A stretch of DNA of 55,653 nucleotides, filler included, from Catajapyx aquilonaris (lineage: Eukaryota), in NCBI GenBank assembly GCA_000934665.2. It is 2 parts of 2 records of this genome, joined end to end, with 100 filler letters (N's around TTAATTAATTAA, not from the genome) between each part and the next. Parts side by side here need not be neighbours in the genome. Positions count along the whole stretch, not along the records: positions 1 to 27,864 come from KZ539266.1; 1 more part is not named here. One strand, written 5' to 3'. The stretch's first letter is position 1. Every line of letters begins with the position of its first letter. The translations under genes and the position numbers were made by a program. The notes under the pieces are model-generated. The model worked only from the letters and a program-made list of their open reading frames with translations. It searched no databases and was not told where the DNA came from. Shown in pieces: positions 12,736 to 24,907 of the stretch.

Positions 12736-12954
12736 GGAGAACTATCTATTCCTCTTTTCCTACGAAGCAGAGTCCTGCACGATTCCTGTTACACACGTGC
12801 CCACTGCCCAGGTGGCCCAGGTGCTGACGGCGGCCATCAAGGACTCGCGCACTCTATCGGATTCGTACGGAATGTTAGCATAAGGTTAGCACTGTCACAC
12901 TAGATGGCAGTCGGATAGAACTATTGATTTCAATAATTGCATGTTGTACATGTA

Positions 12955-13343
12955 CAGTCACTTCCAGGAGTAAGGTAGCGGACCTGGAGTCTAAAATAGC
13001 CTCCAAGTTCCAAGAGAAGTAATCCTCCCTCTTCATCACCACTAGTGTACCAAGTGACCGGGACTAGTAGTCCCGGGTTCGATCCCCACCCGGGGTTCCC
13101 ACCTTTATCCGTACAGAGTTGGGCCATCTCTGGCTTCATTTCGGGTGGCAATTTCCGACGATTAGAGACATTGCACTTCGCACATCCCCTCCTACCTACC
13201 CTTGGAACAAACTAAATACTATCTTAGCATACCGGTTCCACCCAGATGGTGGTATTCCACCCCCCTAAAGGAGATGTAACTCCCAATGGGGTAATGCAAA
13301 AAAAAAAAAAACAGGTCCGCTACCTTACTCCTGAAAGTGACTG
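12955..13343. mobile_element. TA-flanked MITE (32-bp TIRs) containing a SINE-like insert
   Basis: TIR CAGTCACTTCCAGGAGTAAGGTAGCGGACCTG and its reverse complement at 13312-13343 (one mismatch); internal B-box GGTTCGATCC near 13076 and poly-A at 13298-13311. Confidence 0.8.
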
Positions 13344-13613
13344 TACAGTGTTGTTGGCCTACAGTATAGGGAGAAAACTTTATATTTGATAGCTAATAAC
13401 ATCGCGGCAATGGTTATATGAACGCCATTATGATTATGTCTGATTATTATCTAATGCGACCTGCACTATAGCTCAATTTGATATATTTTTATTTATTTAT
13501 TTATGTTATTTTTTAAAATACCCCGTGATAGGGTGGAGCTCTCTTAGGGGGGAAGGGGAGGTTCCCATGGGAGGGCGCTGTAATTTTAGTAATTTCTGAC
13601 TTTGTGAAATACA

Positions 13614-13790
13614 CCAGACCTTTTCTCCTGGCCCTGGGCAGAGTAGGGAGTGCAATTCTGCCCCGGAATGTCGGGTGAAAAGCGGNNNNNNNNNNNNNAA
13701 CCCGGCCAAGTAGAGGTGACGGGGACGGGATTTGAACCCCGGCCTCCCGCTTGGCTGGCCAGTGGCGTAACCACTAGACCTGCCACCATG
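13614..13790 (-). mobile_element. tRNA-derived SINE
   Basis: On the minus strand: A-box TGGCAGGTCTAGTGG (13785-13771) and B-box GGTTCAAATCC (13738-13728). The body matches a second copy at ~42695-42772. Confidence 0.7.
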
Positions 13791-14320
13791 CCTCCCTTTT
13801 CACGTTGATATTTTAAATGCATTTTTATATTATATCGATATAAATGTTGATTCCAATCACATTCGTTTTGAAATGACAGAAACACATTGTTATTTGTACT
13901 TGACAACTTTATTATTTGGCACAACAATCTTAATGATAGCACAAATTACCACGTGCAAATCTACAGCTTACGTACTGTATGCCACGCAGGAGGAAGCCCA
14001 TATAATTATGATGCAAAAGTAATGATTGTGGAATAAGAAAACGTGTGATAAATGCAATATAGTGTCTTCTACGCGCCAAGTCCGGGATAAAAGATTAGCA
14101 ATACGGTTTTTCATGGTTGAGATATCTGCGACATGATGCTCATATTTGTCAAAAAATTTCATTTATGCATTTTTAAATATTCAAACATACCTCAGTTGAA
14201 CCTGATTACAGTTCCGATTAAAGACACTTGGTTTCAATCACTACGACTAATAAGAAAGCAAAATGGATTTGTTGTTGACACTATTTACCAAGGCACTTTA
14301 CAGAGCAAACTTTCTAGATC

Positions 14321-14321
<1 letters not shown>

Positions 14322-14382
<61 letters not shown>

Positions 14383-14413
14383 GAGAGAGGGAGAGAGAGG
14401 GAGGGAGGGAGAG
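14322..14413. repeat. (GA)n microsatellite
   Basis: Direct reading of the sequence. Confidence 0.95.
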
Positions 14414-14687
14414 ATCGGATTTTCATCTATCATTTTCAGAATTCAATTTTTCCCTTATTATTATTATTTTACAAAAATGCTTGGGATATTATGGGTCAAA
14501 CAATTCAGGTTTGATTTTGAATATAATTTTCGGTAAAATTTACAAGATATCCCAAAGTGCTTGTAAAATGATAAATGATAATTTCTTTACATCACTGTAT
14601 ATGCTATCTTTATCCCTTTAGTGCTAATCACAATATCAATTTTCTCTTTCCGATCCGAATGGACAAGAAACCTCAGCTCATGTGGGG

Positions 14688-16568
14688 CTAAGGTCGAATG
14701 GTGTCCAAAATCCATTGCATATATGATCCTACATTAGTAAACAACGCAGGATTCCCCAATATGCATATTTCACTTCTCATTCCACCCAGATATGTAAACC
14801 ACTTGGTCTGGATTTCCCTTACAAAGATAAGTGCATCTCCAATACAAGGATTAGTTCCAAGTGCACTCTGTACACAAACATGTCCTCCTCCTATGTTACC
14901 TTGTTCATGATGGGCCTCTGCGCATGCTCCAGGTGATACAGTCTTGACATACAGATGCTCTAAACTTCCGACCCTTTCTGTGAATTTATAATATTTAAAA
15001 ATTAAAAATTATATTTAAAATTTTAAATTAAATTAAGACTCACCAGACTTGTAAAAATTTGCACCACTCCATCCGACAATTAACATGCCCTCGTGATTGT
15101 CATCCAAGTGCTCTAGTCTGTCAAGGCAAATCGGCTGGATATGTCCTAGAATACGCAAATGTTTGTCTTAATGACTGATACGAGATTTTTTGATTGTTTT
15201 TTTTAGCAAGGTTGCAAAGGACATCTCTAAACACACTGGCCCTGTGACATATATAGGAGCACACGACACTTACTGGAGAAAGTAACAGGCGAGGACAGTC
15301 GGACAAGAGCAAGGTCGTGCCAAAGATAGGGCTGATTGTACCAGGGTTGCAGGTTGATTTCTTCAATCCTTATATCGACTGGAAGGGGCAAACATGTGTC
15401 GGATACACAGTCTTGCCCTTCGTTAGACAGGTCGTGCTCTCCCAGTCTGACCTTCCACCTGACACGAATATGATAATTAACTGGTGTATTTGAAACAACA
15501 ATATACAGTATGATACTTACAAACGATAGTCGACTGACTTATTAAGAACGCAATGAGCAGATGTGAGTACATATCGTTTAGATATCACTGTTCCTTCGCA
15601 CACCCATATCATCTTCCCATTTTCATCTGCATATGCAAAACATTTTGGTTATTACCATGAAAATTATAATGAGATATTCAATGCCTGCCTGGATATCCAA
15701 TCAGAGTAATCCAAGGTGCAGTAGTGTAGATGTTGTTAATGTTTGCTGCTGGGACACATTCTCCAAGAATGTGACGATTAGGGTGTGTTTTAGAAGTGCT
15801 GCTGAAAGTAGTTGGCGGCACTTCCGGTACCCTTGCCGATTCTTCTTTGACATCTTCAGGGTAGTAAGTGTCTTGAGGCAAGGGACAGCAAACCTACCAT
15901 GATATAAAAATAGATATATTTTTTAAATTTGTATATACACCACATAAGTCGTCTGCATAGTTTCCTCTTTTTAATGTGATGTTTTAAACGCATGGTAAAA
16001 AAAAGCAAAACAAGGACCTGTGATTGGTGTAACCGGTCCTGTTTTACTGGAGCCGGATTAGGCGGCTTGAGGCACTATTTTATTCTGGCTGTCTTAACTG
16101 TCAAGTGCAAGTCTGGTTGAACAAGAATAGTAGTCCATCGTGTGTAAGGACGACCTATACACGAAACTCTTGCAATTTCTACTCACGACTGTACATACCA
16201 GATTGCACTGGATAGCTCAAAATTACCTTTGGGTTTTTTCCTTCAAAACCACACCCAGAATTTTGAAGGAACTCGCTGTCTTGCGGACTGACTGGTTTGT
16301 TGGACAGTATTTCTAGCAGCGAAGGGCAGTGAAGAATATTAACACAGTTTCCTCTGTGGTTTTCAGGTGTTCTGCATGAACCGTCATCGGGAAGAACGCT
16401 TTCTTGAACCGCAGGATTTAAAAAAAAAAAAGATAAGCCAAGGTTAAAGTGTCATCACAGGAATTAAACGAATTCATATGCAAATTGATGTATCGCGTAT
16501 AACTTACGTGCATTGGTCACAGCCCCAATGACCAATATGGATACAAACGCGAATTTAAGACTGTTCAT
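14688..16568 (-). CDS. CLIP-domain serine protease homologue (non-catalytic SPH)
   Basis: Exons 16568-16508, 16402-16227, 15893-15689, 15626-15521, 15458-15274, 15145-15044 and 14977-14688. Signal peptide, six-Cys clip domain, TSAHC and HDLALVRL are present. GDSGGP is replaced by CIGDALIF and IVGG is absent. The exon 3 donor is GC. Confidence 0.85.
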
Positions 16569-17612
16569 TATGCACTGATTGGTCCCCTGAAGGAGATGGT
16601 CACTTGGTCACAGATGCTCACAAACTGAGCCAATTACAGGAGGACTGGCTCTCCTTCCGAATCAAGCAGCATTGCAACTGCGCAAATGTATTCTGCTTTG
16701 AAGTCACGGCTAGACCAGCGGAAAAACCCCCCTGTTCTAGCTTCTGAACATTGAGTGACGTCATTGCATACTGTAACCTGCAACTGTAAATTGAAGGTGC
16801 CAAACTCTTCATGCGAAAATCCGGATTTCGCAACTTTTTTTCCATGGGAAAGATCTTGCGTCATGTCATGGCCACCACTTCTTTCTATCCCGGTAATGTT
16901 ACATGGAATATAAACGAGTCTGAAAATTTCCACAGAATGATTTGACTATTTGACTATTAGATCAGTAAATGTTATTGCGGAAGTGGTCTGTGTGTGTGTG
17001 TGTGTGTGTGTGATAGCCTGCTGAAGGCATGTGTTTTGTGGTCGGATAAGGATTTTCCATATGCATTCCACTGCATCCGTGTAGAGTGGATTCTATGAAC
17101 TGTCATTGTGTGGGTTTTTACACTACGCACATTTTGCCCACGATACAAATTACTAATTAGTGACACCAAAATTCTTGGACCTATTAATCAAAAATCAAGG
17201 AGTTGGACAGATTACACAGCACATGTGAGATAAAATTAGGCTTAAAAATTTATTTATAAAACTACCATAAGAGTTCTACAGTATTAAATGTTAATCTTAA
17301 ATTCTTCTTGAAGACAATGCAATTGCATAGTCATAGCGTATTCAAGTCTAATAGAGCATAATTATCTAAAAATGAATATGCACACTGATGTTTTTGCTAT
17401 ACAATTTCTAACCATCGAAGGACTTCGCTTAAATTTGAAAAGGGAAATTAATATATAACTTGGACTAATGGACTACCCATGAGCCAGGGTTAGGCGTGAT
17501 TTGAGCGAAGAGGAAAAATAATGACATAATTGTGTGCGTGTATGCGTATTTTGCCTGCATGCGTGCTGGTGTTTCTGAAGGTTGTACTGTCCACTCTCAG
17601 CATAAATTTTCA

Positions 17613-17912
17613 TCTATATCTTTAAAATCCTTGCGTTACTGATTGGTCCGCCGCATATTGTTGTTACCGCACGCTTCCTAGTGGGCCACATCTATTGTTA
17701 CTGCGACGTATTGTTACCACCACCTTTCTGATTGGCCCCCGTTCCGAACATGCGCAATGGGGGGAGGAACCTCAGTTGTCAGCTGACTGCCGATGAGGTA
17801 ACACGGGTCGTCTCTCCCGTCAACCGCAACAGTACCCTTGTTCCATCCACACCCGTCCGCCCCGAGGGTCGTATGCGCGGATGTAGAAATGTATGGTCTT
17901 TCGAATGTTAGT
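17613..17912 (+). mobile_element. Possible degenerate non-autonomous Helitron-like element
   Basis: A^TCTATATCTTTAAAA start, GC-rich body with TGTTAC repeats, and a 3' end GTTAGT resembling CTAGT. Confidence 0.3.
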
Positions 17913-19055
17913 GTACGAATAGTATTTTTTTGTGTAAATATGCTATCTTAAAATAGCTTTATTGTAATATTATTGGATATCATGTGATCATCCCTTAGAT
18001 TATTATCTTAGCAGTAGCCAACATCACGGCATAGAAGCACGCAGCAGCCTATGCGGATGATGGCTTCGGAAGGTGTAATTCAACGTCATAATATGATAGT
18101 TCACTAACTTTTTGCAACTATGAAATAATAGCTTACATTCACAAGCAAGATAATTATTTATTTTGCTCGCCTCTTCTCACAGTATATTATCAATTAGCTG
18201 CTCCATAACCCTGAAACATTAACTACAACTTACCGAAGTTTTTATTAGACGGTTTTGATGATTACTGATGACATCATAATTATATTTGTTATGGAAAATT
18301 TTCTTTCCCCTTTTAATATCACAATACAGTGACAAAGAAGGAAATAATATTCCAAATGCCTTGGGGCAGATTTGGTTATGAGTAAAAGTAGACAACTAGA
18401 TTCTTACGTGCTTTGCCGACCTTGCAGAGTGCAGTGGAGTATGATGGTATTCGAATGACAACTTACAGACCTTGATTTACAGTGTCAATGTCTAGCGGTT
18501 GCCACATAAAAATGAAAGTTGTTTTTTAAAGTCCTAATCGTATGCCATCTTCAGCCTCCTGTGTCGCACTACATCATTCTGTAGCCTTTGCAGTATCGAA
18601 GATATTTGAGGTATCGGATAGGAAACATCGAGAGTGTAACACTTATGGGTAAATATTTATTGCTTGTCTGAAGAAAATGCACGCGGCCTTTATATAAAGG
18701 TTGTTGCACTCAAATCAATAATTTCGCTTCAATAATATATCATTGTCCACATTACCGACAGTGAGTAATGGCACTATAGAGTTGGTGGTGCCATATAATT
18801 ACTCAAGGTCGAGATTACACGCAGGACCATAACCTATTTTTGTCTACAATATCTTCCTCACTTTTATGAGCCTCATAATTTACAACTTCCTCTCTATCAA
18901 TCAGTAAATGCACAACATTTTGATTGTCAAAGAGTAGGCAATGCACAGTCAAAATGTCATCCTCTCTAGTCACTTCCATAAAGTCCACCAGTAGCAGCAC
19001 AAGCTAGCAAGCCTGTGCGTGCATCACGTTGACTATGGTATTGATGTAGACGAAA

Positions 19056-21014
19056 TTAAGGATTGACAGTGTCCAGAATCCATTGCAGGTATGCTCCAAC
19101 TCGAGCATGGACAACAGGCACGTTCGTATCTGTGCAGTTGTCTTGACCTCGAGAAACTACGCCAACTACTTGGAATCTGTTGTTTGGCTCGGCCAGCATC
19201 AGGGTAGCACCTGAATCAGCACCACATCGCCCCTGACCTGGTACTCCTCCAGTACACACTTGGAGAGAACCCAATTGGACTCGGTTTCCATACAGGTTGG
19301 CACAATTGCTGATGGGCACTACGGACACCCGGGTACTACGCAATACGTCACTGGTAGTGGCTGAAAAGTATTGTTTTTCTCACATTGTTGGGCCAGTAGA
19401 GATTATTTGCATATATGATAAGCTCACCATTTGGAAATCCCAGACTTCCCCATCCTGTCATGTAGATGACCTGTTGCGTATTGTCGATATCATCTGGTGT
19501 GTTTGGATCTTTGTCGAAAGGCAAGCAGATTGGTCTGACTGAATCTAGAATGATATTGAGAATTATCGTAGCTGTAACTAGCAGCAATTTCAAAGTAGAG
19601 GAGTGTCATAGATTAGTACCTGAAAATATTACAGGATTTCTGAGCCTGATCAAAGCTATGTCATTGATAATTCCAACAGTCATATTGTAGCTAGGATGCG
19701 GTGGGGCAGATGCCACGTCGTAATCCTGAGGAAGAGGTAGGCATGTGTCGCCAACGCAATCTAAGCCTCCATTCGAGATAACGTGCTCTCCCAGACGTAC
19801 TCGAACCCTGTAATTGTACGAGTAGTAGTAAATATATATAAAACTTCATAAGAATATGAAATGTAAATAAATAAGACACCTTACAGGGGTAGGCGTCCTG
19901 TTGGTCCGGTAACGCAGTGAGCTGCTGTCAGTACGTAACGATTCGATATCAAAGTTCCACCACACCTCCAGTTAAATTGCTCATCCCTACCTGTGTAGAA
20001 AAACAAGATTATGACACCATTTTTCAACAATACTGTGTGTTGTTCGCAGTTTTAAAATATTTTTTTTGCTTACTTGTGTATCCGAGGAGAGCACTCCATG
20101 GGTACTGTCCAGGCTGCGGATTTTCTCCAGCAGTTGGGTTCTGAATTGGTATGTTAGACCTGCCACACAGAGGATAGCTAGGGAATAGTCGTCTATTGCG
20201 ATGGCCCTCAAACGTACCCCCTCTGGTTGGAGATGAAGTAGGACAGCATACCTGGCAAAGGCATGGCATTTGAAAATAATCGGTAAACTATAACTTTTAG
20301 AGGCATTTTAATAATTTCTGAATTTGTATAGAGATCATTATGCAGTTACCAAAGGATTGCTTCCCTCAAACCCGCAAGTTGACTGTTGCAGTAATATAGT
20401 GTTTTCCGGGCTGACAGGTTTTTTTGATACCAAGTCCATCAATAGAGGACATTGTGTGATGTCGATACAATTTCCAGGACTACCATTTGGGGTACGACAC
20501 TCATCACCCACGTCACCAATAGATGGGAATGACAGATCTAAAAAGATGATGACAATCTGTATTATTTTGTCGATTGAATCAGTAGAAGCAACAGAAAGTG
20601 ACGCTTTGTTATGATTAGGAACGTGAGAATTCTACGCTACACTGATTAACATATACGCACGTGTACTGTATACTCGATTTACCACTAGTAATAAAGTGTA
20701 AAATTGCAGAGAGCCTGAATTGGCAACACTGGGCCCTTTCAATTGCGCGGTAGGTGCTTCGGTACGAGCAATTATTTTTATATTGATATATTGCAATAAT
20801 TTGTTCACTACTACAGACACTTGATGCTTTAATAAAGACGTGAATCAAAGTAAGCCAGTGTATAATTACATAACAAAATAATGTCATTTCATTCACCTAA
20901 ACGTGTTACTAAATTTTGTAACATAATACTTAAAGCAATAACTAAACATTAGGGATATTACATACCTGCATAGACCAATCCAAATAAGGCGAGGAAGAGC
21001 GCAATGGATTTCAT
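19056..21014 (-). CDS. CLIP-domain serine protease, atypical active site
   Basis: Exons 21014-20966, 20537-20350, 20251-20074, 19990-19885, 19807-19620, 19544-19428 and 19360-19056. Clip domain, TAAHC and NDIALIRL are present; the Ser motif reads GRCGADSGAT; no IVGG. Confidence 0.9.
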
Positions 21015-21857
21015 GGCTGCTATCTGGATGACTCCTGAATGAAAATGAACTGTGTCTAAGCAGTGGTTCCCCCTATGCACGCTGCTTCTAAGAAATCCTA
21101 CAAAACCTGTTCTCTCTCACTACCTGTAATTTCGCACGATATTATATACGCAAATGTCATGGTGAAGGTCATCCCACTCACTTTTCCCTTATTGATTTTT
21201 TTGGGGTCTTATTTCAAAGACTCATTGTGTCATTCTATGTGAAGTCGTAAACTATATAAGCAAATAGCATTAATGACATAACTTCGATATCAACAACGTA
21301 TTTAGAAACTGGAAGGTGTTTTATGGGGATTCCTAAACATATTTTGATTATGGTCCTAATAATTGCCATATCACAGGCAATAATTTATCAGGATAATTGT
21401 TTTTCTGGCAAAAATTTACACATGACTTCAATATTCAGTTTTTTTGACATTTTTCCTGGAGATCTTTCTACAATTTGTAAATGAGTCAAGTTCCCAAAAT
21501 ACTGACATACACATACATAAATATTATGACACTAGAAACTAGAGTAAGTTTTGAGCAGGTATTATTGCCCTCACCATTTATAAATAATTTTCATATTAAT
21601 TTTGTTAACGTCACCAATAATAATATTTTGCTTGTTCACCCCTGGGTTCATATAAATTGGTATAAGCTATTGCTATTTAGCCCTTCTGTTACCTTTTACA
21701 CTTGATGTTGCCAGTAGAGGTATCAGATGAATATCTACAGTAGAGTTGTCACGTCGAACTACTGTACATCAGTTTCCACCCAGAAACAGCCCCATAACAG
21801 GACAGGAATTGAGGCAAGCCAATTCACACACCCCACTTTTTCTACAACCCATATCCG

Positions 21858-21970
21858 GGGGATAACGATAGGAAGGAAGGAAGCGGTTGTGAACTTAACA
21901 GTTATTCCGGAACAGTTCTGGACTAACATCGGGAAACCACAAGATGGATGGCTTGGAATTCAAACCCAGA
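21858..21970 (-). mobile_element. Degenerate SINE fragment related to 26834-27168
   Basis: gataggaaggaaggaagcggttgtg...gggaaaccaca...ggaattcaaaccca parallels the 26990-27115 copy. Confidence 0.45.
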
Positions 21971-22052
21971 CATTTATTTAGAAAACCTTCGAGTAAAAAA
22001 CACAATGTTGGTATGTTCCTCATGATGGTATACCGTGCAATGTTTGGTGTAT

Positions 22053-24309
22053 TTAAGGTGCGATATTATCGAGAATCCAAGTGAGATAGGCGCCAACTCT
22101 TGTGTATATCCCTGCCAGCCCACTTTCACCGCAGCGTTCGGGTCCTATTGAAACAACACCTGCAGCATAGAAGCACACTTTAGGTCCATCTGCATCGACC
22201 AGCATGAGAGGTCCTCCTGAATCTCCGCGGCACGAGTCTTCGCCTTTCACTCCTCCTGCGCAGATTTGTTGGGAACCCAGCTCTAACTGTGTTTTGTAGT
22301 CACTGCTGCATTTTCGTAGGGGTACAATAGGTACGTAAAGTTTTTGAAGGATATCAGTGCCAGAAGCTGAAAACAAGCAGGAGATTAAGCGAACTAAAGC
22401 GATCCACACCACTTGAAACACCCTGTATAAGAGCAATTTTTTCATATGATCATATTTTTAGGACAGTAAAGACTAACAGCAATTTGTGTAGCCCGCCCAT
22501 ACACTCTATACGAATTAACTGCCACTTGGTAATACTTTTCCTAACTTAAATGTCACTAAAGAAATTGGAAGTATGAAAATTATGTCATACTTACGATTAG
22601 AAAAGTTAGTGCGTCCCCATCCAGCAACAAAAGCGGCATATTGCAAGCGATCTAAGTTTTCTAGATTACTTGTGGCTAACTCGTTGAAAGGTAGACATAT
22701 GGGTTGGATGAATTCTGCAATGACATTGCTTCATGACGTCTTCATATTATATTTACACTGAATGAATATCAGTAAGGGACTAGACTTCTTACCAGTAAAC
22801 GTGACCCTCTTTCTGAGTCGCACTAGAGCTATGTCATTCCTGTATCGGGGAGTGTCATATTGATTATGTACAATAGTAGATTCCACTTGCACATCTTGTA
22901 TAGGAGGAGCACAGTATCCTTTCTCGCAATCTGGATCTTCAGATATAGTGCGTTCTCCCAGTCGTGCTCGTGATCTTTAAAGTATGGTATGAATAGTAAC
23001 ACCAACTAAAAACCAACCCAGGTATACTACGGCGTAGAATTTGTATCTTTTACTTACAAAGTTGCACCTTGGACATTGATGCAGTGGGCGGCAGTGAGAA
23101 CGTACTTCTCTGAGATCAAACTTCCACCGCACAGCCATCGAATCTGACCCCATGAATCTGAAAAATTAAAAACATGTTTTACAAACCATGATATGAAACT
23201 CCAGTTAATGCTGTCAGAGCACACATGTCACATACTTGTATACCCTAAGAGTGCTGTCCAGGGGAATTCGCCAACTAGAGCATTTTCTCCTCCGACGATC
23301 CTCTCAAAGTAAACAGAGACTCCGCATTTGGGGTAGTCGGGAAAAAATCGACGATTACGATGGTTTTGATATGAATTCCTTGGTCTCCCTTGAGGTCTTG
23401 GAGAGACTGCGGATGTCACCGACGGCCTGCGTCCTGGAGATACACTAGGTGTGCGATCTGATGAACTCGTAGATTCAGGGCAGCATACCTGTATGAAGGA
23501 AGAATATATTTACATGCTTCCATTCCTATAAAATACTAGCTGCGGCACCCGGCGTTGCCCGAGAAGAAATGAATGAAGGGAAAACACCTATACCTGTAGT
23601 GTAGCCCGTCAAAATTTTCACGCAGGAGAGCGGCCATGACACTTTTAGGAAGGCCGGGTCGGAAGGACGGGAGAGGTTTGAGGTGTATGAGGCTGACTAC
23701 AGATGGCAGGCGAACAGTCCCGGACGGACAGACAGACAGACAGAATCACATCCGTCTTTATTTATATATAATCTTATGTGCATTTAACGAGAATAATGTG
23801 ATATGAAAGTTATAATTTTCTGCTCCTAAAGTAACTAATGAATCAGTTTAGTTGCACCCTCCATATAGGTGCTTCGGTCACCTTACACTGGTAGCAAAAT
23901 CATCATACTCTATTTGTCAATGTAATCCTGTCAGGAGGTGTACATGTGACCTTCATGTAGCTGCTAAAGCAGACCTTCGTATTTGCCTCGTACGACTAGG
24001 TAGAATAATGAAAAGTATATTACCTTGGGAATGTTACCTTCAAAACCACATTGAGAGTTTTGCAAAAACTGAGTTGTTTGGGTGCTAAGCGGTTTCTGAG
24101 AGAATAGGCGAAGAAGAGGTCGACAGCTTCGAATATTTATGCAGATTCCAGGGCGATAATCAGGAGTTTCACACCTGCTGCTTCTTTCTGTCAGTCAGGA
24201 AATATAATGATACTTTGAGTCATAAAGCTTATAAAAAAGTATCCTTACGTGCATGAAGTGTAGCAATCATCCAAAATATGGTCAACGTGATAAAAACAAA
24301 CGTCTTCAT
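22053..24309 (-). CDS. CLIP-domain serine protease (CLIPB-like; easter/prophenoloxidase-activating type)
   Basis: Exons 24309-24249, 24187-24024, 23488-23236, 23157-23058, 22974-22793, 22714-22595 and 22366-22053. Signal peptide, clip domain, ER^IVGG activation site, TAAHC, NDIAL and DSCRGDSGGP. Confidence 0.95.
23535..23770 (-). mobile_element. Non-autonomous Helitron-like element in a CLIP intron
   Basis: ACTAG followed by hairpin ACCCGGCGTTGCCCG (reverse of a CTAGT 3' end), an (ACAG)n microsatellite, and a TTTATATATA end. Confidence 0.6.
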
Positions 24310-24907
24310 GTCCACCTACTGAATGACTTCTCAGGTGCGCTTAAGACTTGGAAACCAGCTGCTACGCAATTATGACGAAAACAACGACTGGGGAGAATAT
24401 CCGAGGACGAGCATATATATTTTTTTACTGCCAGAACTGTTAGTCACAACCGGCTAGTTGTATATAACGCATGCGTGTCACTTCCATATAGGATGGGGGA
24501 AACCCAGAGTTTGATTTCCTTGGTGTTTTCTAGAAGCTGACATGGGATAATCAATTTCGCAGAACCATAACCTTTAGCTACATTTAGGAGTTTTTTGAAC
24601 TCTTCGCGTCAGCAATTTTTTCCCCCACTGACTTGTGCTTCGAAGGACTACAGGTAGGCTATATGAATAATGGATTTGTTGTCTCTGCTGAAATGCTAGA
24701 TGAGTTGCTTGAGGACACCAGCGAATTTTTGTGGCATAAACCAAGTAGTATCATTGGAGTTTGAAAATAATTTTATTACATAAACGTACATTTTCTGCCT
24801 TTGAAAAATTCTGCCGTACAATGTGATTGTTACAGAGAATACTAAATGTGACCTGGTTTATTTGCAAAAAATATATATAATTTAAAGGGTGAAAACAGTC
24901 TCATAGA

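Noticed and set aside
14133..14621. 162-aa ORF with an RE repeat
   Set aside because: Translation of the (GA)n microsatellite.
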